DNA of 64,000 bases from an uncultured Bacillales bacterium (GCA_946414915.1 CAMKQK010000001.1:20335-84334), one strand, 5' to 3'. Positions 9,744 to 19,410 are shown, counted from the stretch's first letter. Numbers and translations: made by a program. Notes: generated by a model not told the origin, from the letters alone.

Positions 9744-11114
9744 TTAAGCCTCAACGTGAATGACGGTTGGAATAGCGTCTTCATTTCTTTGTTCAATAAA
9801 TTTGATAGCGACATCACCGAATAAAGCGATGGATAAGACGTCTTCATCACTCTTAGCGATATCTTTGTATTGTTTCTTTAATTCCGCAAATTCTGGTTTG
9901 AGATCATCAGCTGGACGATAATCGATGACCTTGTCATCACCAATAATCTTGTGTCTGATTTCTTCATCAACTGGTGCTGGTGATCTACCATATCTACCAT
10001 GTAGATATTCGTTGATTTCTTTTGGCACCATCTTGTATCTTTCACCAGAAAGAACATTTAAAACGGCTTGTGTACCGACCATTTGTGATAATGGAGTAAC
10101 AAGTGGAGGATAGCCCATATCCTTACGGACATTAGGAACTTCCGCTAAAACTTCATCTAATCTATCAGAAGCATCTTGTTGCTTAAGTTGATTGATTAAG
10201 TTAGATAACATACCGCCTGGAACTTGGTATTTGATAATGTTCGCATTGACGGACAAAACTTTTGGATTTAATAAGCCGTTAGCAATGTATTTAGCTTTAA
10301 CTGGGGCTAACTTTGTAGCGGCAGCATTTAACATTGCAACGTTAAGTTTTGGATCATATTCTGTACCTTGAAGAGCGAAGTTAAGTGATTCGGTACATGG
10401 TTGAGATGTGCCACCACTCAATGGGCTGATTGCGCAGTCGACAATATCAACGCCCGCTTCAATGGCTTTTAAATATGTCATTTCACATAAGCCACCTGTG
10501 CAGTGACTGTGTAATTCGATTGGTAATTTGGTGTTTTTCTTTAACGCACTGATTAATTCATAAGCAGCGGTTGGCATCATAACACCGGCCATATCTTTGA
10601 TACAAATGCTATCAGCACCCATCTTTTCGATTTCTTTGGCTAAGTTAACATAGTATTCAACGGTATGGACTGGAGAAGTTGTATAACTTAAAGCGATTTG
10701 GCATTCACCACCATATTTCTTAGTGGCTTTAACCGCACATTCTAAGTTACGGATATCGTTTAAAGCATCAAAGATACGGATAATATCAATACCGTTCTTG
10801 ATGGATTTTTCAACGAACTTCTCAACGACGTCGTCAGCATAGTGACGATAACCGAGGATGTTTTGACCACGGAATAACATTTGTAATTTGGTTTTCTTAC
10901 AAACTTTCTTAGCAAGTCTAAGTCTTTCCCATGGATCTTCGTTTAAGAATCTTAAGCAAGCATCAAATGTGGCACCACCCCAAATTTCAATGGCGTGGTA
11001 ACCAACTTGGTCAAGTTCCTTGAGCGCACAAAGAACTTCTTCGGTGTTCATTCTTGTGGCAAATAATGATTGGTGGCCGTCTCTTAGGCCAGTTTCAACA
11101 ATTTTGACACCCAT
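9744..11114 (-). CDS. oadA: oxaloacetate decarboxylase alpha subunit / pyruvate carboxylase subunit B-type carboxyltransferase (5S), lacking a biotinyl domain
   Basis: 456 aa. MGVKIVETGLRDGHQSLFATRM TIM-barrel carboxyltransferase start; HSHCTGG metal-binding motif. Confidence 0.85.
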   Translation of the reverse strand: MGVKIVETGLRDGHQSLFATRMNTEEVLCALKELDQVGYHAIEIWGGATFDACLRFLNEDPWERLRLAKKVCKKTKLQMLFRGQNILGYRHYADDVVEKFVEKSIKNGIDIIRIFDALNDIRNLECAVKATKKYGGECQIALSYTTSPVHTVEYYVNLAKEIEKMGADSICIKDMAGVMMPTAAYELISALKKNTKLPIELHSHCTGGLCEMTYLKAIEAGVDIVDCAISPLSGGTSQPCTESLNFALQGTEYDPKLNVAMLNAAATKLAPVKAKYIANGLLNPKVLSVNANIIKYQVPGGMLSNLINQLKQQDASDRLDEVLAEVPNVRKDMGYPPLVTPLSQMVGTQAVLNVLSGERYKMVPKEINEYLHGRYGRSPAPVDEEIRHKIIGDDKVIDYRPADDLKPEFAELKKQYKDIAKSDEDVLSIALFGDVAIKFIEQRNEDAIPTVIHVEA

Positions 11115-11122
11115 AATGTTTC

Positions 11123-12730
11123 CTATTTAGCTTTTGGACCAGCTTTGACTAAGGCTTTGCCAGCTTCGTTGGATTCATATTTAACGAAGTTTTTCACGAA
11201 TCTAGAAGCTAAATCAGCGGCTTTAGCATCCCAATCAGCTGGGTTAGCATATGTATCTCTTGGGTCTAAGATCTTTGGATCGACACCTGGTAATTCAGTT
11301 GGAACTTCAAAATCAAAGACAGGAATTTTCTTTGTTGGAGCTTTATTGATAGAACCATCTAAGATAGCATCGATGATACCACGGGTATCTTTGATGGAAA
11401 TACGTTTGCCTGTACCATTCCAACCAGTGTTGACTAAGTAGGCTTTAGCACCACTGACTTTCATTTTCTTCACTAATTCTTCAGCATATTTTGTTGGATG
11501 TAATTCCAAGAAAGCTTGACCGAAGCAAGCGGAGAATGTTGGTGTTGGTTCTGTAATACCTCTTTCGGTACCAGCGAGTTTCGCTGTGAAACCACTTAAG
11601 AAGTAGTATTGTGTTTGTTCTGGAGTGAGAATGCTAACTGGTGGTAAGACACCGAAGGCATCAGCACTTAAGAAGATTACGTTCTTAGCGTGTGGACCAT
11701 GAGAAATTGGTTTAACAATCTTTTCAATGTGATTGATTGGATAGCTAACACGTGTATTTTCTGTAACGCTCTTATCAGCAAAATCAATTTTGCCGTTAGC
11801 GTCAACAGTAACGTTTTCTAATAAAGCATCTCTACGGATAGCTTTATAGATATCTGGTTCACTATCTTTATCTAAGTTAATGACTTTAGCGTAGCAACCA
11901 CCTTCGAGGTTGAAGACACCATTGTCATCCCAGCCGTGTTCATCATCACCGATTAATAATCTCTTTGGATCGGTTGATAATGTGGTTTTACCTGTACCGG
12001 ATAAACCGAAGAAGATGGCGGTATTTTCACCATTCATATCGGTGTTCGCGGAGCAGTGCATTGAGGCAATGCCCTTAAGTGGTAAGTAGTAGTTCATCAT
12101 GGAGAACATACCTTTCTTCATTTCACCACCGTACCATGTATTTAAAATGACTTGTTCTTTGCTTGTGATGTTGAACGCAACACATGTTTCAGAGTTAAGT
12201 CCTAATTCTTTGTAGTTTTCAACTTTGGCTTTAGAAGCAGTATAAACAACGAAGTCTGGTTCGAAGTTCTTTAATTCTTCTTCTGTTGGCTTAATGAACA
12301 TATTTCTAACGAAATGTGCTTGCCAAGCCACTTCCATAATGAAGCGGACCGCCATTCTTGTATCCTTGTTAGCGCCACAATAGGCATCAACAACGAATAA
12401 TCTCTTTTCAGATAATTCCTTTTGAGCAAGAGCTTTGACTTTAGCCCAAACGTCTTCACTCATTGGGTGGTTATCATTCTTGTAACCTTCTGATGTCCAC
12501 CAAACTGTGTTTTCACTGTTTTTGTCGACGACAATGTATTTGTCCTTTGGGGATCTACCTGTGTAGATACCAGTCATAACATTAACAGCGTTAAGTTCAG
12601 TGACTTTACCTTTTTCATAGCCTTCTAAGCTAGCTTTTGTTTCTTCTTCAAAAAGAAGATCGTAAGAAGGGTTATAAACCACTTCTTTTACATTTTTGAT
12701 TCCATATTTACCTAAATCAATATTTGGCAT
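11123..12730 (-). CDS. pckA: phosphoenolpyruvate carboxykinase (ATP)
   Basis: 535 aa. Kinase-1a loop [11 protein letters not shown] and PckA-specific motifs ([17 protein letters not shown]). Confidence 0.93.
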   Translation of the reverse strand: MPNIDLGKYGIKNVKEVVYNPSYDLLFEEETKASLEGYEKGKVTELNAVNVMTGIYTGRSPKDKYIVVDKNSENTVWWTSEGYKNDNHPMSEDVWAKVKALAQKELSEKRLFVVDAYCGANKDTRMAVRFIMEVAWQAHFVRNMFIKPTEEELKNFEPDFVVYTASKAKVENYKELGLNSETCVAFNITSKEQVILNTWYGGEMKKGMFSMMNYYLPLKGIASMHCSANTDMNGENTAIFFGLSGTGKTTLSTDPKRLLIGDDEHGWDDNGVFNLEGGCYAKVINLDKDSEPDIYKAIRRDALLENVTVDANGKIDFADKSVTENTRVSYPINHIEKIVKPISHGPHAKNVIFLSADAFGVLPPVSILTPEQTQYYFLSGFTAKLAGTERGITEPTPTFSACFGQAFLELHPTKYAEELVKKMKVSGAKAYLVNTGWNGTGKRISIKDTRGIIDAILDGSINKAPTKKIPVFDFEVPTELPGVDPKILDPRDTYANPADWDAKAADLASRFVKNFVKYESNEAGKALVKAGPKAK

Positions 12731-12932
12731 ATGTTTACTCCTCTTTCTAAGCGTTTACCCGAAAAACGCCCAAATCGAGACCATTGTAACACAATTATTT
12801 ATAAATAATTAACAAAAACGCTAAAAAATATGAATAGAAAGAAAAACAATAGCAATTATTAGGAATTAATAATTAAGTGGATATCCACTATTTTTCTTTG
12901 TTATAGTCACACTTTTCATGTTTATTCAACGC

Positions 12933-12975
12933 AAAAGAAAAAGACAGGTCGGCCGAAGCGAGCCTGTCTTTTTAT
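12933..12975. terminator. palindromic (bidirectional) intrinsic terminator
   Basis: GACAGG-tcggccgaagcgag-CCTGTC with an A-run on the left and a T-run on the right. 20 nt downstream of the 815-aa protease gene stop on the minus strand. Confidence 0.5.
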
Positions 12976-12994
12976 GAACCTATCTATAAATTTA

Positions 12995-15442
12995 TTAGAA
13001 GAATAAGTTTCTCCAGTTTTGGAAATGTGTTTCTCCTGCTTCGTATGTTTGGTTACTAGCAATACAAACGTGTATTGATAATCCACATGTATCCATGGCG
13101 TCACTTTGAGCAGCACAATGGAGCATGAGCATTTGGAAATATTGCTTAACTCTATAGATTTGGCTGACGAACGCTGAGAAAATTGGATCGTTTTCTAACT
13201 TGATTAAGAAATCAAATGCGTCAATTGAGCCAGGGTCATCGTAGCAACCGTCACCGAAAGAAACTGTGCTTTCAATAATATCGATGAATTCATCATAGCA
13301 TTCTTCAACAGCTTCGCTCATTTGTTCCGCTAAGATTTCGAACTCATTATAGTAATTGGCCATTTTTGATAAATCTAAAACGGATAAATTGCCAACATCA
13401 TCACAGCCAGAATATTCAACGTAGGTATCAGCGATTTCGTAGAGAATTGATGTTGTGCTTTCTTTTCGATATAGATTATCAACCCATCTATCATATTCCC
13501 ATCCATCGCCACCTTCTAATTCTTGTGAACCAACCATGTATTTGAAATGTTCAGAATTAAATTCTGCAACATCTTGCATTTGCATTAAACAAGCATCATA
13601 TCCAATGAATTCTAATTTTGAAGTGATATTGTTATTTGCTAAAACATTATCAAATGCAGCGTTAACTTCTGAATTAAGTAATGGATCCATCTCATAGTTG
13701 TTATCAAAACAAACACCATCTAAACCGCCACCGTGATTCCATAAGATAACACCTGTTTTTTCAGCTGGATATTGTGTGAGACCCCAGTTCAAAAATTCTT
13801 CAAATGTGCTTTGATCACCCATAGAGCCATAAGTAAATTCACCTTCATATGGGACAAGGGTATTGTTTGACACAGTGTAACGTTTCAAACTACCTCTTTC
13901 TAATCCAAATGGATTGGCTGGCCAGTATCTTGCGCCACCAACTTCAAGAATGATGCTTACATCGTTTGGTTGGCCATTCACGCTTAAGATTTCTTCGATA
14001 TCATCAAGAGCTGCGTTTGTTAATGTATTGGAACCACACATATAAATCATAACTGTCCAGCTACGTTGTGGAGTTGGTTCTTCTCTTCTAGTAACGGTAA
14101 GTGAGTAACTAGCAGGACCCCAGTTATTTTCTGTGACCCTAATGAAAACGTTTTCGCCTCCATTCACTGTTCTGGTAAATGAAACTCTACCAATGTTTTC
14201 TGTGTGGAAAGTATCAGTTACGCTTGTTGGATATTGTCCATAATAGAAATCCATACGTGCATCACTGCTACTCGCTAAGCTGAAAGTAAATCTACCAGAT
14301 GACTCAGGTTTGAAAATATGCCACTTAGCACCATCGTTTGGAATAGAACCACTTAATGTGGAGCCAGGTGATAAGACACCGAGTTCAACATTCGCGTTAC
14401 ATTTGCTGCAGTGAATCATATCATTGTGACCATGACCATATGGTAAATATGAATCAAAGGTGTGAACTTGTTTGATAGATTGGCCACAGCTACAAACGGC
14501 GTTATGTTTGCCATCATTAGCATATGTATAAGAGTTTGTGTATGAGTGGGTATGTGGACGTAACACTTCAACCCAGGCGTTACAAACTGAACAGTGTTTT
14601 ACTTGGTAATCGCCAATGTTGTAGACACTGTCATATGAGTGGGCTGATAAATATGTGCTACCACAATCACAGATGTATCTGTGATAGTCTTGACTGCTAT
14701 ATGAACAATTTGCATATGTATGCGTGTGATTAGATGGTATTAAATCAATCCAATTGTCGCAAATTGAGCAATGGACCATGTGTCTACCGTGTCCATTCAT
14801 TTCATCATCAACATTTAGATTTGCTAATCTGTAGGCTCCACAACTACAGAACTCTTTGTGACGTGTGCTGTTGTAGTAAGCTGTGCGGTAATTATATTCA
14901 TGGTTGTGATAAGCCCTGATGGTGTATGAACCTGTACGGTTATAGTATTCCCTTACTTGAATGTAATAAGTTTCAGCAGTATGCATATCAAGTGCAAATC
15001 TGAAATTGCGGTTTGATGAAGATATATCATCTCTATTACCATCATCAACCGAGACAGTTGAGTAGCTCGTGTTTGGGCCAAGGTAAATCTGAGCAATTGG
15101 GTCTACATTGGAGCTGGTGCTTTCGAACCAGAATCTCCCTTCAAATGGAGCGGTAAAGGTATACCAAGTAGCGCCCCCATTGAAAGAGCCAGTACGTGAA
15201 CGAGTTATAAACAAATCAGGTCGTACTGTTGAACTTGCAGGTGCCCTATTAATCTGCAAGTTTTTTTGGTAAACATGCTCATGTTCATGGTCATGGTCAT
15301 GATCACATTCGACATGTTCAACCACATCGCAATTCTCATCTTTGACAAGTCCATGAGAGGCGCTGGTGTTATTTTTCACACCGACGTTAAGTCCTACTCC
15401 TAGCCCAAAAACAAGAGCTGCAATAATAACTTTTGAATGCAT
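12995..15442 (-). CDS. secreted multidomain peptidase: signal peptide, His-rich stretch, PPC-like domain, 3x Cys4His2 repeats, second PPC-like domain, C-terminal clostripain-like C11 cysteine peptidase
   Basis: 815 aa. Sec signal MHSKVIIAALVFGLGVG. HVECDHDHDHEHEH stretch. C11 hallmarks: WTVMIYMCGSNTL block, catalytic His in ILWNHGGGLDG, catalytic Cys in IGYDACLMQ. Strong AGGAGG RBS. Confidence 0.7.
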   Translation of the reverse strand: MHSKVIIAALVFGLGVGLNVGVKNNTSASHGLVKDENCDVVEHVECDHDHDHEHEHVYQKNLQINRAPASSTVRPDLFITRSRTGSFNGGATWYTFTAPFEGRFWFESTSSNVDPIAQIYLGPNTSYSTVSVDDGNRDDISSSNRNFRFALDMHTAETYYIQVREYYNRTGSYTIRAYHNHEYNYRTAYYNSTRHKEFCSCGAYRLANLNVDDEMNGHGRHMVHCSICDNWIDLIPSNHTHTYANCSYSSQDYHRYICDCGSTYLSAHSYDSVYNIGDYQVKHCSVCNAWVEVLRPHTHSYTNSYTYANDGKHNAVCSCGQSIKQVHTFDSYLPYGHGHNDMIHCSKCNANVELGVLSPGSTLSGSIPNDGAKWHIFKPESSGRFTFSLASSSDARMDFYYGQYPTSVTDTFHTENIGRVSFTRTVNGGENVFIRVTENNWGPASYSLTVTRREEPTPQRSWTVMIYMCGSNTLTNAALDDIEEILSVNGQPNDVSIILEVGGARYWPANPFGLERGSLKRYTVSNNTLVPYEGEFTYGSMGDQSTFEEFLNWGLTQYPAEKTGVILWNHGGGLDGVCFDNNYEMDPLLNSEVNAAFDNVLANNNITSKLEFIGYDACLMQMQDVAEFNSEHFKYMVGSQELEGGDGWEYDRWVDNLYRKESTTSILYEIADTYVEYSGCDDVGNLSVLDLSKMANYYNEFEILAEQMSEAVEECYDEFIDIIESTVSFGDGCYDDPGSIDAFDFLIKLENDPIFSAFVSQIYRVKQYFQMLMLHCAAQSDAMDTCGLSIHVCIASNQTYEAGETHFQNWRNLFF

Positions 15443-15757
15443 TTAATCAATCCTCCTCTTTGCAAATAAAAGTTATGAAAATATAGCAACCATCTGACAT
15501 AGGCATACTGAAAATAAGAATCAACATGCCTTGAGTGCCTTTATATAACATATAAAGCACCTCAAAACCAACATTATTCTTTTGGTGGCCAGATAGCCTT
15601 TCTTTTAACAATTATGTGTATTTGCAAAAAACATAGAATTAATCGTAGTTTTACTGCAAATCTCTACTTTCAGTCTATGGCTTTATTTCTTAAAATGTCA
15701 ACATGAAAAAGGAATGTTACCAGTGTCACAAAAACAAAGATTGAATCTAAATTTATT

Positions 15758-15794
15758 TAAAAGTTTACGATTTTCGCTAAAAGTTTACGATTTT
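15758..15794. repeat. tandem direct repeat TAAAAGTTTACGATTTT x2 (3-bp spacer)
   Basis: Identical 17-mers at 15758-15774 and 15778-15794, in the intergenic region between the two protease genes. Flanked by four TGTCA/TGACA motifs (15722, 15799, 15818, 15849). Confidence 0.5.
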
Positions 15795-15864
15795 AGACAG
15801 TGTCATATAAAAAAGATGACATCCACCAATATTACACAATATCGGTTTTTGTCATCATAATTTG

Positions 15865-15910
15865 AAAATAAAAAGACAGGCACATTTTGAATGTACCCGT
15901 CCTTATTTTT
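15865..15910 (-). terminator. intrinsic terminator after the 1021-aa protease gene
   Basis: Minus-strand hairpin GACGGG-N15-CCUGUC followed by UUUUUAUUUU. Confidence 0.45.
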
Positions 15911-15919
15911 AAACTTTTA

Positions 15920-18900
15920 TTAGAAGCCTAATCCCATGGTGAAGATTGAACGCCAAAGAGTGAAATGTGTTTCATTCGCTGGATAGCCAATTTCATCATA
16001 ATCATTAACATCAGCATGGAGCGCTAAACCGTGAGCACATGGTAAGGAGCCACCATAACCCCATGTTGTAGCGGAGTACATAACTAAGCCATTGCTTGTA
16101 GCAATAGTATGACCTTCGTTGTAATTATAGTTATATTGACTTGGGAAATAGCTAAGCACTGCATTGATTTGTTGAGTTAAGTTTCTATAGTAAGAATCTT
16201 GTTTTAAAGCCATTAGCACACCATAAACGTCTGTTGAACCAAAGCGATAGTATTCATTGTTTTGGTGATAACTAAGTGGAGCAGATTCAATTAAACTGAC
16301 AAAGTAATTGAAGTCATTAGCATTATGAATTGTCGCAATAATAGACATAGAAAGGTTTTGGAACGCTGAGAGATAGCCGTTCATCTTTGATAAATCTAAG
16401 ATGGAGAATGCGCGTTCAGAATATGTACCATGTAATGAACTATCGACAAGTGTTTCTAATATAGTGACTGTATCTTCGTCATCATATAAATCTTCAAGCC
16501 AGTTTTGATAGCGCCAGCATGGATCATCAATGAAGCTTTGTTGACCGACCATATATTTGAAATATGGAGCGTTGAATTCAGCGACATCTTGAACTTGCAT
16601 GCAATAGGCATCGTAACCAATGAATTCTAATTTGCCTTCAATATCATATGCTTCCATAGCATTACTAAGAGCCATACTCATTTCAGAACTTGTTAAACCA
16701 TCATTGCCTTCGTAATCGTAGGAGTTGACATTAACAGGATAGTTTTGGTCAAAGCAGACACCATTGAGAGCACCACCATCACCAAGCATAACGACACCAA
16801 CGTTTTCAGCTGGGAATTTATCAAAGCCCCATTTTAAGAAGTTTTCAAATGTTGCTTCATCACCCATATTTGAATTACTAGCAGATAAAGAGTACTGAAC
16901 GAGTTGATTGTTTCGAACTGTATAACGTCCAATTCTATTGGTTGGAATGTTATAGCTTTGCCAGTAATTGCAACCACCGGTTTGAATAATAATATTCACA
17001 TCACTTGGTTGACCTTGAGCGGAAAGAATTTCACTGATAGCATGACTTACAAATCCTTGGTTACTTTCTGCTTGACCACCACAAGCATAAACCATGATTG
17101 TCCATCTAGCTGTTTGTGGAATAGGTTCGTGATAAATATCTTCGTTATCTAAAATGGTATAGATATCAGCCATATCTGAATGATACGCTTGAACCATTTT
17201 ATTGATAAATGTAGAGAATCTTTTGATGCCACTACCAGTTTCTTCAATGAGATCCCACATTAATGAATGGCCAAGAGCGATATTATCACCTTGTCTATAT
17301 TCTTCATCAAAGAATTTCATCATTGCGCTTGTGACGCTACCTTCAATATCTAAACCATGTTCGCTATCTGGTTCACCATATTGGTATTCGCTGTAATCGA
17401 CATAAAAACCGTTAGCGTCATCGTCATAATAATAGTCAGCCATTTCAGTGCAGTAGGAGTCTTCATATTCCTCTGCCCACCATAATTGAGAAGCGAGTGA
17501 TAAGTATGTTGCTAAACCTTCTGCATATGCTTCGCTTTCGCTACAGGACTCATTATACAAATGTGGAGTTGGGTTGTAAGGAAGTGTAACTAAGTCTAAA
17601 TATTCAGTAGCGAAGTGAGCGTACTCATGATTCACGACATCCCAACAATTGTAATGGTCTTTTCTAATTCTAATTTCTGATTCACCATTGCTGTTTTGAG
17701 GTCTATACATTGTTTGGATAGTTGGGTATTTTGTCTTAGCGTGGTAGACGTCTGTAGTGAATCTATTCACATACCTTTGCATAACGTGATGCGCTTGAGT
17801 GATTTCGTAGGCTGCAGCTCTATCACTACGATTTGGATACATTGTGATGTTAAAGTCGACCTTCTTTAAAGTTGATAATTTTATCTCAGTTGCGTAGGAC
17901 ATTCGTAGGCTGCTTTCGCCGTAGAAATACGGATATCTAAAATTATGATTGTCATAAACGGTTGTAGCCAATGTATCAGCATATAATTCGAGTTGAAGAC
18001 TATCTAATTTGATATTTCCAATATCGTTTTGAGCAATATGGTATGTAAAGTCACCATTTTCATCTGTACGAGGAATAAATGTCCAGTCATATGCAATTTG
18101 TCGAATTAAAGTGTCACCTCGTGACAAGATGTCCATACGAATACCTTCGACAGGATATTCATAGCCATCTTCGTCAAGCCACTTAACATGAATATTGATA
18201 TCAACGCCATAGTTTGATTCGGATGCTTTCTTTTTCTTTGTGGTTCTTGCGGTTTGAATATCAGATCCGCCATAAACGAAATCACTATAGTGCTTAATGG
18301 CGTCAAATCTAGATGTTGCTAATGTGTGGATTGGAAGGTCTGGATTAATGTAAATGTCACCAATTCCTTTACCACCGGTTTTAACGCCAGCAAAATTACT
18401 ATTTAAATAGTTTGTGTGAGGATATGGAGGTAAGGTGCCGCCACCGCCACCGCCACCTGGCAAGTCTTCTTCTGGGAAATATGCCTTTTCTGCATCAGTA
18501 GCAATAACTTCTAAGAAATATTTAGAACGAGCATCATTAAATGATTTGTCGGAAATGGCTGTATATGCTCCTTGAGTATATAAGTAAACAACCACCATGA
18601 CTTTACCGTCCATACCGAATTTAATACAGTTTTCACCATTTGTACTTGGTGTTGAAATTATGGCGCCTACCCTATCACCACCTTGGAAAACTAGTTGGTA
18701 ATAAAGGCTTTGGAACAAATTGCTAGAGTCTTGAATAACACCAAAACCGTTAAGCATACTAGCTCTACCAATTCCGTCAAAGTTGAACGAAGCAGTATTG
18801 TTAGAAGCAGCAACACAACCGCCTGCTTGGATGCCGAAGCGTTCTTCGTTTGGAGCATTGCAACCACTTGTTTCATTGATTTCCATCTTCGTTGCTCTAG

Positions 18901-18985
18901 CAATATTAGCGTTTACGCCTTTGCCAGCATTGAAGCTTGCAGCAAGCATACAAACAAGTGATGCAACAATAACTTTTGAATGCAT
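15920..18985 (-). CDS. secreted multidomain protein: signal peptide, N-terminal domain, poly-Gly linker, HEXXH zinc-metallopeptidase-like domain, C-terminal C11-like domain with degenerate catalytic dyad
   Basis: 1021 aa. Signal MHSKVIVASLVCMLAAS (first 6 residues and 18 nt identical to the neighbouring gene). VVNHEYAHFATEY (HEXXH) plus downstream SEAYAEGLA. C11 block WTIMVYACGGQ..., but His replaced (VVMLGDGGALNG) and Cys displaced (IGYDAYCMQ). AGGAGG RBS. Confidence 0.65.
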   Translation of the reverse strand: MHSKVIVASLVCMLAASFNAGKGVNANIARATKMEINETSGCNAPNEERFGIQAGGCVAASNNTASFNFDGIGRASMLNGFGVIQDSSNLFQSLYYQLVFQGGDRVGAIISTPSTNGENCIKFGMDGKVMVVVYLYTQGAYTAISDKSFNDARSKYFLEVIATDAEKAYFPEEDLPGGGGGGGTLPPYPHTNYLNSNFAGVKTGGKGIGDIYINPDLPIHTLATSRFDAIKHYSDFVYGGSDIQTARTTKKKKASESNYGVDINIHVKWLDEDGYEYPVEGIRMDILSRGDTLIRQIAYDWTFIPRTDENGDFTYHIAQNDIGNIKLDSLQLELYADTLATTVYDNHNFRYPYFYGESSLRMSYATEIKLSTLKKVDFNITMYPNRSDRAAAYEITQAHHVMQRYVNRFTTDVYHAKTKYPTIQTMYRPQNSNGESEIRIRKDHYNCWDVVNHEYAHFATEYLDLVTLPYNPTPHLYNESCSESEAYAEGLATYLSLASQLWWAEEYEDSYCTEMADYYYDDDANGFYVDYSEYQYGEPDSEHGLDIEGSVTSAMMKFFDEEYRQGDNIALGHSLMWDLIEETGSGIKRFSTFINKMVQAYHSDMADIYTILDNEDIYHEPIPQTARWTIMVYACGGQAESNQGFVSHAISEILSAQGQPSDVNIIIQTGGCNYWQSYNIPTNRIGRYTVRNNQLVQYSLSASNSNMGDEATFENFLKWGFDKFPAENVGVVMLGDGGALNGVCFDQNYPVNVNSYDYEGNDGLTSSEMSMALSNAMEAYDIEGKLEFIGYDAYCMQVQDVAEFNAPYFKYMVGQQSFIDDPCWRYQNWLEDLYDDEDTVTILETLVDSSLHGTYSERAFSILDLSKMNGYLSAFQNLSMSIIATIHNANDFNYFVSLIESAPLSYHQNNEYYRFGSTDVYGVLMALKQDSYYRNLTQQINAVLSYFPSQYNYNYNEGHTIATSNGLVMYSATTWGYGGSLPCAHGLALHADVNDYDEIGYPANETHFTLWRSIFTMGLGF

Positions 18986-19335
18986 TTTTTAAACCTCCTT
19001 TACATAGAAAAAGTTAAAGTCACAAATTTAAGCCGCTTGGCGAGGAATGCGCACGAAAAAAGTGCATCCTATTTCGTGCTTTTTGAGTGAACAATAAAGC
19101 ATTAGCCAAACAGCTTTATTTGCGTTTGGGATTTTTAATAAAAAACAGGATGCACCGCAGTTTTTTGTATAAAAATCTCTACCTTTAAGTTTATGTTTTT
19201 TCTATCGTTTATCAATAGAAATCAGATAGTTACAATGTAACGCAAAAAGTTTTGGCACAATCTCACTTTTATTGATTTATATAATAATTATTCATTTTTT
19301 ACGCAAAAAACTAACTTTTTCTTGTGATAATCAAT

Positions 19336-19390
19336 AAAAAATGGTGACTAGACCGATATTTACATTTAATCGGTTTTTGTCACCATTATT
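19336..19390. terminator. nested palindromic bidirectional terminator
   Basis: Outer stem ATGGTGAC/GTCACCAT encloses inner hairpin ACCGAT-N11-ATCGGT. T-runs follow on both strands. Downstream of the 19411-19653 minus-strand gene. Confidence 0.5.
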
Positions 19391-19410
19391 TAGTTTTGTA
19401 ATAATTAGTT

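Noticed and set aside
12876-12889. AGTGGATATCCACT + T-run as a plus-strand terminator
   Set aside because: No plus-strand gene upstream to terminate; more plausibly a protein-binding dyad, reported as a low-interest finding.
14524-14919. Two Cys/His-rich plus-strand ORFs
   Set aside because: Antisense to the Cys4His2 repeat region of the C11 protease gene; the Cys/His richness is a reverse-complement echo (TGY/CAY codons read as ACA/GTG on the other strand).
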